Virus record (IMG/VR): IMGVR_UViG_3300032267_001204
Location: 1 to 64,000 of that record
Direction: 5' to 3' (one strand)
DNA length: 64,000 nt
From: a virus
Shown: positions 26,386 through 34,417 of the stretch, piece by piece
How the letters are laid out: the number at the start of each line of letters is the position of its first letter
How positions within the stretch are numbered: the stretch's first letter is position 1
Program-made: the position numbers and the translations under genes
The notes under the pieces: generated by a model
What the model was told of the DNA's origin: nothing
Database searches by the model: none
Seen by the model: only the letters and a program-made list of their open reading frames with translations

Positions 26386-26925
26386 ATGAAAAGAAAAACC
26401 CTAACAATAGTCCCATCCGCCGTTGATCAGGCGATCAAGCCGAAGCCAAGCCGCGCCGAGATCATCGAGGCCGCCGTTCAGTTGCGGCTGGAGGAACTCC
26501 AGAAGGAAGCCGAGGTCGTCGCGAATCACAACCAACGTCTCAGTGACGCTGTCGTTGCGTTGATCCCCGCTGCTGTCGATGGCGTTTGCAAAAACGGAAC
26601 GCTTGCGAAATCACTAAAGGACAACGAGACGATCTACTACTACCGCAATTGGGCTGACGAAGATCATCTCTCCGTTACAATTAAGATCGAAAAAAGCGAC
26701 CTGACGTTGAAGTTGCAAGCCGCACTCGCCAACGAGCGCGACAACCGCAAAAACCCTCCGTATCTCAGCGTGGATCAAATCCGCCGAGAGGTGAAGCAAG
26801 GGCTGAAACCCTCGGCTGATCCGGCTGGCCGGGTCAAAGCGTTGCTTGCCGATAGCGACAGCCGCACCGCTTTGCAGAGCCTTCTCAAAGCGGTCTATCC
26901 GAAACCCGAAGCGGTTGAAGTATGA
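26386..26925 (+). CDS. Hypothetical early protein
   Basis: GGAGG RBS; 179 aa, helical. Confidence 0.75.
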   Translation: MKRKTLTIVPSAVDQAIKPKPSRAEIIEAAVQLRLEELQKEAEVVANHNQRLSDAVVALIPAAVDGVCKNGTLAKSLKDNETIYYYRNWADEDHLSVTIKIEKSDLTLKLQAALANERDNRKNPPYLSVDQIRREVKQGLKPSADPAGRVKALLADSDSRTALQSLLKAVYPKPEAVEV

Positions 26926-26936
26926 GTGGTAAGCGA

Positions 26937-27016
26937 GAGGAGTGAGACTCCGCGCCCCTTCCAACTCTGGGAGGGGCGTCAGTCTCACTCAACAGATGTT
27001 GAGTAGGGAAATAACC
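26937..27016 (+). repeat. Composite element: long hairpin, palindrome A copy 6 (26987-27004), AGGGAAATAACC
   Basis: GAGTGAGACT-CC-GCGCCCCTTCCA-ACTC-TGGGAGGGGCGT-C-AGTCTCACTC. Confidence 0.85.
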
Positions 27017-27044
27017 GAAACACCTAACATGGAGATATAACACC

Positions 27045-27653
27045 ATGCCTATTGCAAAAGTAAATCTGTCGGCCCTCGGCACCAAGCCGAAGGGAAACAC
27101 GAAATCGTATCCTGTGCTTCCGCTCAGCGATGAGCTGAAGGGATTCGTCAGTGATTACCTGAAGAACACGCAGGATATCGAGACGCTGGAAGGTGCGAAC
27201 AAGCAGCTCCGCGCTTACCTCGAAGTCGAGGCGCGTCGCTACTACTACCAGCACCACAGCGGCAAGCTCGACGTCGAGTCTTCGCTCGAAGCTCCTTCGA
27301 GCAACGGCCAATCGTTGCTGCTCACCTGCCAGAACCGCTACAAGGCGTTGCCCGACGAGGCACCCATCGTAGCGGCCATCGGCGAGGAGCGCACCGAGCG
27401 GCTCTTCTACAACTCGGTCGATGTGAAGATCGACGGCGACAAGATTCCGGCGGACAAGATCAATGATCTGTTTGCGGAAGTGGCGGCGGTCTTTGCCAAG
27501 TTTGGCGCGACTGATGCCTTGTCGCACCGCTCTGTCATCAAGCCCACGCCGGAGTTCCACACCGCCCGGCACACGATCCTCTCGGTCGAGGAGAACCTCG
27601 CCGTCGATCAGGCCACGCCGTTCACGTTGGCATTCAAAACCAAGCGCCGCTGA
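27045..27653 (+). CDS. Hypothetical early protein
   Basis: GGAG RBS; 202 aa; coupled to the ligase-like gene. Confidence 0.75.
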   Translation: MPIAKVNLSALGTKPKGNTKSYPVLPLSDELKGFVSDYLKNTQDIETLEGANKQLRAYLEVEARRYYYQHHSGKLDVESSLEAPSSNGQSLLLTCQNRYKALPDEAPIVAAIGEERTERLFYNSVDVKIDGDKIPADKINDLFAEVAAVFAKFGATDALSHRSVIKPTPEFHTARHTILSVEENLAVDQATPFTLAFKTKRR

Positions 27654-28270
27654 TGAACCCGCCAACCTTTCCTGCGCGGCCGATGAACGGCGGCCCGTTG
27701 GATCGGGCTAAGGAGAAGCCTGAACCCGAAGCATGGTTCTATGAACCCAAGATCAACGGCTGGCGTGTTCTCATCGACGTGAAGAACAAGAAGATGTGGA
27801 CGCGTTACAACCGACCATCATCGGTCGAGCATAAGTATGCGGCGGTTCTGGAACGAATCGCAGCGCAGTTCTCCGGCGACGAGGTAACGTGGCTCGACGG
27901 CGAGATCCTCGGGCAACGGGCCAGCTCTATCGGGCGCGGCTCGCTCGTCATCTTCGACGTGGCTTGGCCGCGTTGGAAGGATTGGTCTATACTCCACGAC
28001 CGGCGACGACTGCTCGACGTTATGTTCGATAACGTCAACGAAGTCTGGGACATCGACAGGCTGCCGAGTCAGGACACGATCTACCGGTTGCCCCGAATCT
28101 CCGGCGCCGACGCGCTGGAATACTACGAGCGGATGCAAATCGCCAACCAACGCTTCGGCCTTGAGTTATACGAAGGCGTTGTGGCGAAGAACATGCACAA
28201 AGAATACCCGACACAGCTTCGATCCGCTACGGAGGAGACTCCTTGGTGGGTCAAACATCGTTGGGACTAA
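27653..28270 (+). CDS. ATP-dependent ligase-family nucleotidyltransferase (adenylation domain only)
   Basis: Motif I EPKINGWR, III LDGEIL, IIIa IFDV, IV EGVVAK, V WWVK; the ORF ends right after motif V. Confidence 0.8.
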   Translation: MNPPTFPARPMNGGPLDRAKEKPEPEAWFYEPKINGWRVLIDVKNKKMWTRYNRPSSVEHKYAAVLERIAAQFSGDEVTWLDGEILGQRASSIGRGSLVIFDVAWPRWKDWSILHDRRRLLDVMFDNVNEVWDIDRLPSQDTIYRLPRISGADALEYYERMQIANQRFGLELYEGVVAKNMHKEYPTQLRSATEETPWWVKHRWD

Positions 28271-28289
28271 CCACAAAGGAGGTGAACAA

Positions 28290-28751
28290 ATGAGAAAGAT
28301 GTCTATCGAATGTGCGATGGAAATCTGGAAGGCCGGCGGCGGCGTTGCCGCCAGCGAATGGCAGGAGAAGTCCGGCTATTCACGCGGCGGCCCGATCTAC
28401 AAGCGGCGAGCGACTCCCGTTTTCTGTCGGGAGTTGACTCGGGAGGGCCTCGAACTCGAAGCGATCAACCCGCACGAGGACATTGCTTCCTACTATCGGA
28501 GCATTCTTGCCTACGTCACTGGTCGTTATCCGAAAGCGCGCAAGGTCATCGTGGTCAACGACCCGGTCGGGCTGCGGACCGCGTGTATGGATGCGGAAAT
28601 CCCAGAGCCAAGGTTTGACGCCTTGATGGGCCAATGGGATCTCGGCAACACAGTAGCGAGCCAGCGCGTATGGCAGGCCCAGGCCAAGCCGCGCTATGCG
28701 TGGCAAGGCCTTGTGAAAAGGCTTGATCCGGCTCCGGCTCTGGGTTCATAA
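28290..28751 (+). CDS. Hypothetical early protein
   Basis: Strong AAGGAGGTGA RBS before ATG at 28290. Confidence 0.7.
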   Translation: MRKMSIECAMEIWKAGGGVAASEWQEKSGYSRGGPIYKRRATPVFCRELTREGLELEAINPHEDIASYYRSILAYVTGRYPKARKVIVVNDPVGLRTACMDAEIPEPRFDALMGQWDLGNTVASQRVWQAQAKPRYAWQGLVKRLDPAPALGS

Positions 28752-28762
28752 CCTGCCAACCG

Positions 28763-28862
28763 GAATCAGAACCTTCTGATTCTGGGAGGAACACCATCCC
28801 TTCTCACTCAACAAATGTTGAGTCTGGGAGGGGATGGCATCCTCCCCGCAACATCAGTTGCG
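28763..28862 (+). repeat. Composite element: palindrome B copy 2 (28763-28782), palindrome A copy 7 (28806-28823) at the apex of a long hairpin, variant CGCAAC-ATCA-GTTGCG (28847-28862)
   Basis: GGAGGA..CCATCCCTTCTC-[A7]-CT-GGGAGGGGATGG..TCCTCC. Confidence 0.85.
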
Positions 28863-28898
28863 ACGGAGATCATAACCTAACTACCAAAGGAGGTATAC

Positions 28899-30584
28899 AT
28901 GCCCATCAAATACTACACCCCCACGCTCGACAAAGCGGTGAAGGATCACCACATCGACTACCGAGTGCGGGGCCGACTGCCAGAAACTTACGACCTGCAA
29001 TGGGTCGATAAGCGTCATCCGTGCAAGACCGGCTGCTGGCGTTTCGACCACGCGTCGGGTCGCCACGAGATCCGTTTGTCCCAGATCTGCTACGACACCC
29101 TGACCAAGGGCGGAGCAGCACACGGCAAGCGGGTCGCCGTGCCTGACCTGTATCGCAACGTCTACGAACACGAGGCAGCGCACTCGCTCTACACGACCAA
29201 AGACCTCGAAGGTCTCGGCAAGATTCTTGCCGCCGAGAAAATCCCTTGGCGGCTGATGAACTTGTTCGAGGACTGCCGCATCGAGCGTAATTGGATCCTC
29301 CGCGAACGCGCTGGCAAGTCGTTTCGCTGGACTCGTTGGGAGGAGCATCCGCCCGCCTCCAAGATGAGCGCGAGCAGCTTGCTCTTCCACATGAAGACCG
29401 AAGGCTTGACCCGCAGCGGGTATCGCTTCCCTCGGTCGTTCATCATTGCCCATCGGGCACACCCCAACTGGCGGAAAGTCTACGACTATTACCGCAGCAT
29501 CGTCGGATGTGGAGGGACCGAAGACCTCGTGCCGATCCTCAAGGACTGGCTCAAGGACTTCCCCGCTACGGGTGACGACACCATCGAGGGTGAAGGCGGC
29601 GATGGAACCGGCGACATGGGCGAGGCGATCGGCGAGGCCACGGGGACGCGCCCCGAGGACGTCAAAGCGAAAGACCCCAAAGGCGAAGGCGCATCGCCGG
29701 AGACCAAGTCTGGAGACGGCGAGAGCGAGGGCAAGGGCAAAGGCGGCAAGGCCGGCACTCGTGCCGAGTCCACCACGTCACCGACCCACGGACGCGGCAG
29801 CGGCGGCTCCGCTTCCGAAGTCGTGCCGACCATCGACCACGAGGCTGAGCGTTCGCTCCGGCTGGCGCAACTGCTGGCCCAAGCGTTCCGCAAGAACGGC
29901 ATCATCGCCAAAGGGCCAACGGCCCGTCCGTCCAAGCGGCTCAACCTGCGCGGCTTGCTGCGCGGCGACTGGTCTCGTCCGTTCGTCGGCAAGACGATCG
30001 GCAACACGAACAAGCCGCACATCTCGTTCGTCATGGATTGCTCGGGCAGCATGAGTTGCCTGACTCACCTTGATCGTTCGCGCAAGGTTGAGCTTCGCAC
30101 CGATGACTGTGGTCGAATCCTTGCTCGTGCGTTGAACGAGCTGGCTCGCCTTGGTCACATCACCGGCATCGTCTACGGCTCATCGGATGGCGGCTGCCAT
30201 TCGCGCACCGAGCTGCCCGTCCCAAACCATGTGCTGACGATGGACGCTGGCCTCGAAGCCTTCTCCGGCTCCGAGGGTATCGGCCTCACGTTGGCGCCCG
30301 GCTGCAAGCCCGGCTGCTACCCGAAGAAAGGCTCCGGCTCGTTCTTCGAGGAGATCGCCGCCAAGTCCAAGATTGCCATCGTCTACACGGACGGCTGCAT
30401 CACGGACGCTCCGGTCAATCGTATGCCGCTCCGTGCGCGGGGCGTCTACACCATCGGCGCCTACGCCGGACCGGACAAGACCGCCGCACTACGCCACCAC
30501 TTCGATTACGTCATCAGCCGTGACTCGTTGTGGGGCGTAGCCGATGCGCTCGTCCGCACCCTGAAGTCCATCCCGCGCAAGTAA
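28899..30584 (+). CDS. HExxH metallopeptidase-like domain, acidic Gly-rich linker and vWA domain (CobT-like)
   Basis: YEHEAAH...NLFEDCRIER; MIDAS DCSGSMS and YTDG. Confidence 0.85.
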   Translation: MPIKYYTPTLDKAVKDHHIDYRVRGRLPETYDLQWVDKRHPCKTGCWRFDHASGRHEIRLSQICYDTLTKGGAAHGKRVAVPDLYRNVYEHEAAHSLYTTKDLEGLGKILAAEKIPWRLMNLFEDCRIERNWILRERAGKSFRWTRWEEHPPASKMSASSLLFHMKTEGLTRSGYRFPRSFIIAHRAHPNWRKVYDYYRSIVGCGGTEDLVPILKDWLKDFPATGDDTIEGEGGDGTGDMGEAIGEATGTRPEDVKAKDPKGEGASPETKSGDGESEGKGKGGKAGTRAESTTSPTHGRGSGGSASEVVPTIDHEAERSLRLAQLLAQAFRKNGIIAKGPTARPSKRLNLRGLLRGDWSRPFVGKTIGNTNKPHISFVMDCSGSMSCLTHLDRSRKVELRTDDCGRILARALNELARLGHITGIVYGSSDGGCHSRTELPVPNHVLTMDAGLEAFSGSEGIGLTLAPGCKPGCYPKKGSGSFFEEIAAKSKIAIVYTDGCITDAPVNRMPLRARGVYTIGAYAGPDKTAALRHHFDYVISRDSLWGVADALVRTLKSIPRK

Positions 30585-30593
30585 CCCTGCCTC

Positions 30594-30659
30594 GGGAGAC
30601 ACACCTCCCCTTCCCGCTCTGGGAGGGGGAGTTAGTCTCTCACTCAACCAATGTTGAGT
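30594..30659 (+). repeat. Composite element: long hairpin and palindrome A copy 8 (30642-30659)
   Basis: GGGAGAC..CTCCCCTTCCC-GCTCT-GGGAGGGGGAG..GTCTCTC-ACTCAAC-CAAT-GTTGAGT. Confidence 0.85.
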
Positions 30660-30735
30660 TCGGGAGTTAAACACAACCCCCTCTGGTATGCGGGGAACCG
30701 AATCATTCTGATTCCGTTGCATACCAAACATTAGC

Positions 30736-32103
30736 ATGTCCGATAAACATACATCCAAATACACGCACGAGCTGATCGACTCTATGTCGTGGAAGATGCT
30801 GCGCGCTGCGGCGAAGGAGGAACTCGAAGCCCAAGGATTCAAAGGCTCGTGGTCGTCCGACTGCCAGACGCCTCGCCTCAAGGCGATGCTCAAGGGAGAG
30901 ATGACTGTCGCCGAAGCGGAGGCCGCTGTCCTCGCTGACAAGGCGAAGAAAGCTGGCATCTCGCTCGGCGGCGGCATCGACGCCACTGCGCTCAAGCCGC
31001 TCGAAGCCAAGCTCACCGAGCTGGCGGGTATCATCTCGTCGCTCGACGACGAGGTGACTACGGCCAAGTCCGAAGCGGCCAAGCTCGTCGGCGACTTGCA
31101 CACGGAAATGTCCGATCGACTCACCGAGTCGCACGAGGCCTTCACCAAGCTGCAAGATGCCGTCACCTCGGCCCTTGCCAGCGGCGGTTCGGCTGCGGCC
31201 AAGGTCATCGCTCCGATCCTCGGGGTGCCGACGCCTTCCTCGTCTGACCCCGCGGTCATGGCGCTGGAGCTGTTCTGCGCTCCAGGCCGTGCGATCAAGC
31301 CGCTGCTCGTCAAGGGCGGCCAAGGTGCGGGCAAGACCTACGCTGGGCGTCAGCACGGCATGACCGCCGGCTTTGACCGCTGCATCGAGTTCGGCGTCCA
31401 CTCCCAGACTGAGGCCGTGGACTTCCTTGGCATGATGATGCCGAGCGGCGAGTGGCTCGACGGCCCCCTGACCGAGGCGTTTCGCGCTGCGGCTCTGGGA
31501 CAGCTCGTCTTGCTCATCATCGACGAGATCTATCGCGGCCAGAACGGCGCTCGCACGCCGCTCCTCACGGCCACGTCTCCCGCCCGTCTGCCGAGCGGCG
31601 AGAAGGTCTACCGACTCCGCACGGGTCGCGCCATCATCGATCCGGTGACTGGCGTCCACACCTCCGAGATCATCGAGGCTCCTTGCCAGAACCTCGCCAT
31701 CGTTGCCACGACCAACGTCGGGGCCGAGTTCAACGTCGATCCGGGCTGCCCCGCCGAGCGCGAGCGGTTCATCCCTATTCACGTCGAGGTTGACGAGGTC
31801 AAGATCCGCGCTGTCTGCGGCGCCATCGCCACGGCCAAGGGCTTCAGCCCCTCCGTGGTTGACCGCACACTCGCCTTCTACCGCGAGTGCAACGTCCTCA
31901 AGACGGACGGGTTCATCGAACTCTGCCCGTCCACCCGCATCCTCTCCGAGGCGATCGAATACGCCGACAGCGAGGCCAACGTGAAGTCGATGCTGCGCTC
32001 GCTCGGCCTGCACATCTGGGTCGGCACCACCATCGAAGGCAAGCCCGAGGAAGAGCAAGTCAAGCGCGTCACCACCGCACTCGACAAGGCCTTCGGGAAA
32101 TAA
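30736..32103 (+). CDS. MoxR/CbbQ/CobS-like AAA+ ATPase with N-terminal coiled coil
   Basis: Walker A GGQGAGKT, Walker B IIDE, sensor ATTN, R-finger ERF, STR. Confidence 0.88.
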   Translation: MSDKHTSKYTHELIDSMSWKMLRAAAKEELEAQGFKGSWSSDCQTPRLKAMLKGEMTVAEAEAAVLADKAKKAGISLGGGIDATALKPLEAKLTELAGIISSLDDEVTTAKSEAAKLVGDLHTEMSDRLTESHEAFTKLQDAVTSALASGGSAAAKVIAPILGVPTPSSSDPAVMALELFCAPGRAIKPLLVKGGQGAGKTYAGRQHGMTAGFDRCIEFGVHSQTEAVDFLGMMMPSGEWLDGPLTEAFRAAALGQLVLLIIDEIYRGQNGARTPLLTATSPARLPSGEKVYRLRTGRAIIDPVTGVHTSEIIEAPCQNLAIVATTNVGAEFNVDPGCPAERERFIPIHVEVDEVKIRAVCGAIATAKGFSPSVVDRTLAFYRECNVLKTDGFIELCPSTRILSEAIEYADSEANVKSMLRSLGLHIWVGTTIEGKPEEEQVKRVTTALDKAFGK

Positions 32104-32123
32104 CCTAGACACCTAACGCGTAA

Positions 32124-32151
32124 CCGCCCTCTCCAATCTGGGAGGGGGCGG
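32124..32151 (+). repeat. TCTGGGAGGG-family hairpin without palindrome A
   Basis: CCGCCCTCTCCA-ATC-TGGGAGGGGGCGG, preceded by GGGAAATAACC..ACACCTAAC as at 27005. Confidence 0.65.
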
Positions 32152-32166
32152 CCGCACCAAAACACC

Positions 32167-32607
32167 ATGGTTAATTCAAGTGGATTCATCGAGGGCATTA
32201 AATCCCTCTACAATCAGGGCGTTCGTAAGATCGTCACCGATTTCAGCGGCGGAGGCGACTCCGGCGATATCAACTACATTGCGTTCTTTAGCGCGGGCGG
32301 TTCGGAAAAGCTGACCGTCGAAGAGCCACTCGACTGGCGGGATGAGATGCACAAGATCATCACCAACGAGGTTCATTGCGACTGGTATAACAATGAGGGA
32401 GGCGGCGGTTCGATCGTCATCAACCTCGAAGCCAATCCGCCGACCATCGAGGTCAACTCGTATTGGAACGAGACTGTCTGCCGCGACGAGCCGACTGTGA
32501 CTGACACGCTGGATCCGATGCTCGTGCTGCCGAAGCCGGACGTCCCAGAGCATCCTCACGCGGCTGTCCGCGCTGCCAAGAAGCTGCCGAAACGGGGGGC
32601 CAAGTAA
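32167..32607 (+). CDS. DUF6878-like protein
   Basis: FSGGGDSG...DWYNNEGGGG. Confidence 0.7.
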   Translation: MVNSSGFIEGIKSLYNQGVRKIVTDFSGGGDSGDINYIAFFSAGGSEKLTVEEPLDWRDEMHKIITNEVHCDWYNNEGGGGSIVINLEANPPTIEVNSYWNETVCRDEPTVTDTLDPMLVLPKPDVPEHPHAAVRAAKKLPKRGAK

Positions 32608-33014
32608 TGCACCCGTATCACCACGCGCTCTCCAGCGCCAAGAAGTTCGGAGGCCAGCCCGAAGACTACCTCGCGATCCATCACTGGTTCGACGAGTCGA
32701 AGGAACAGTTCGCCAACTTCCGCCATCGTGCGCTGCGTCATCACGCGCAGGGCATCTACGAGTGTGAGCGCAAGTTCGGCATCACCATGACCAACTCGGA
32801 CGGGCGCACGTTGCCTGTCCGTTACATCGGCGAGCAGCACGTCAACGAGGACATCGGGTTCATCCCGTCCCTCCAAGACTGGCTCTCCGCCATCGTCCCA
32901 GAGCCGTGGATGCGAAGTCGCCCCCATGGCGTGGACAAGAACACCGAGGACGAGGCCGTCAATCGACGGACTGTCCGCAAAACCAACACAACCAAGAAGG
33001 AGATCAAACTATGA
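32607..33014 (+). CDS. DUF6915-like His-rich protein
   Basis: MHPYHHALSSAKKFGG..DY..IHHWFD.SK...RHRALRHH...EQHV.ED. Confidence 0.75.
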   Translation: MHPYHHALSSAKKFGGQPEDYLAIHHWFDESKEQFANFRHRALRHHAQGIYECERKFGITMTNSDGRTLPVRYIGEQHVNEDIGFIPSLQDWLSAIVPEPWMRSRPHGVDKNTEDEAVNRRTVRKTNTTKKEIKL

Positions 33015-33268
33015 GATTAGTGAAATTCACCCGAGTTGACTCAAACACCGGCGCCGAGGGCTTGATCTGGATCAACCCAGAGCAGGTCGCTCGCGTCATT
33101 CCAAAGGCTTCCGTCTCCGAGACGCCGAAAGTCGCTTACGCAAACACCCGCATCTCTGTCGCCGGCACGTCGCCGGCAATTGCGTTCTGGGTCAAGGAGA
33201 CGCCCGACGAAGTCGTCGCTGCGTTGACTGGCTCACCCGTTGCCGTCCGGTTGGCGGCGAAACTCTAA
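33011..33268 (+). CDS. Small protein (FlbD-like pattern)
   Basis: IWINPEQVARV...WVKETPDEV; ATGA coupling. Confidence 0.6.
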   Translation: MRLVKFTRVDSNTGAEGLIWINPEQVARVIPKASVSETPKVAYANTRISVAGTSPAIAFWVKETPDEVVAALTGSPVAVRLAAKL

Positions 33269-33287
33269 CCAGAAAGGAAAACATATC

Positions 33288-33521
33288 ATGTTACAGATCA
33301 TACAACGCCCCCTCCTCACCGGAGGGCTTGAAACCGAATACCTCGAAGTCCCCTCGCCCGAGAAGGTCGCCGCCGAGGTCGAACGCATCGAGTTCGAGCG
33401 CAACTCGTGGGCGCGCAAACGCTACGCAGCGTTCGCCAACTACGATGTGGACACGCTTACGTTCGACGATGAACCCGGCCACATTGTCCCAGACCATGAA
33501 CCCGTGGAGGAATATCTATGA
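33288..33521 (+). CDS. Hypothetical protein
   Basis: AAGGA RBS. Confidence 0.6.
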   Translation: MLQIIQRPLLTGGLETEYLEVPSPEKVAAEVERIEFERNSWARKRYAAFANYDVDTLTFDDEPGHIVPDHEPVEEYL

Positions 33522-33832
33522 GCATCATGGACATCATGGAAGACATCAAACAGAACGTCGATTCGCTGCTCATAGACCGGCAGACGCGAAGGGTTCTGGT
33601 GATGCACGACCTATCACGCAAAGAGCCGAGCTACGAGCGCGGCTGTTCTGGCAAGGCGAATCTCGGACGTAGCTACGTCCGGCAAGCAGATCGAATCAGT
33701 CGCAAACGCCGTAAACACTACGGCGTCTACCGCTGTCCGCATTGCGGCGGCACTCACCTGACAACCAAACTGGAGAATCGGGGGCAATACGCGCCGCTTC
33801 TCTACATCACAACAACGAAAGGAACCAAATGA
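33518..33832 (+). CDS. Zn-finger-like hypothetical protein
   Basis: GCSGK...YRCPHCGGTHLT. Confidence 0.65.
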   Translation: MSIMDIMEDIKQNVDSLLIDRQTRRVLVMHDLSRKEPSYERGCSGKANLGRSYVRQADRISRKRRKHYGVYRCPHCGGTHLTTKLENRGQYAPLLYITTTKGTK

Positions 33833-34050
33833 AAAAACACCTCATTCACCTAAAAGATCACGGCAACACCAAGTTTGCCGTCGCAGAAATCGAAGCTGAC
33901 ATACGTCCGGGCAACGACCTTGAACTATTCGAGGCGGTGCAAGACGCCGGAGGCGCGTATGTCACCGAGTTCCAAGGCTACACCTACACCTTGGACGCGC
34001 CCGCTTGGGTTCCCGCCGAGGAATTCGAGCACAATTGGCTCGGCGACTAA
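33829..34050 (+). CDS. Hypothetical protein
   Basis: AAGGA RBS; ATGA coupling. Confidence 0.6.
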   Translation: MKKHLIHLKDHGNTKFAVAEIEADIRPGNDLELFEAVQDAGGAYVTEFQGYTYTLDAPAWVPAEEFEHNWLGD

Positions 34051-34077
34051 CAACCAACCAGAAAGGAAACCAAAACC

Positions 34078-34380
34078 ATGATTGAAATTAACCGAACTAC
34101 AACTCACACAACAATGAATACAAACATACCAGATGGAGACTACGTCCTCGAAGAAGGCGGCGCATGGCTTGAAGTCAAAGGCTTCGCCATCCGCATACAT
34201 GCTACCGACGAAGGAGTAGCCGTAGACATCTACCCCAACAAGGCCGAGCACCACGACGCAATCGCATCGTGCTATGCCTTCGACAACGATGACGCACTTG
34301 AGGACGCATACCGCGAAGCACTAAGCGCCCTTGGCTGGCTGCTTTGCGAGGCGGATCAAGAGGACAACGCCGGGTATTGA
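34078..34380 (+). CDS. Acidic hypothetical protein
   Basis: DGDYVLEEGGAWLEV...TDEGVAVDIY. Confidence 0.65.
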   Translation: MIEINRTTTHTTMNTNIPDGDYVLEEGGAWLEVKGFAIRIHATDEGVAVDIYPNKAEHHDAIASCYAFDNDDALEDAYREALSALGWLLCEADQEDNAGY

Positions 34381-34417
34381 TTGAACGCGTAATAACCTTG
34401 CATAGTCTTAACCTTTA

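Noticed and set aside
23914-30659. CRISPR array or canonical integron attC array
   Set aside because: Repeats are separated by whole genes of 0.4-1.8 kb rather than 30-40-nt spacers. Arms are only 4 nt apart, whereas attC sites span about 57-141 nt with L boxes. I saw no IntI-specific insertion in the integrase.
30703-32112. Long antisense ORFs (also 18145-19551, 54539-55960, 6304-7374, 2122-2991)
   Set aside because: They mirror well-supported genes; high GC3 codon bias suppresses antisense stops, and they show no motifs.
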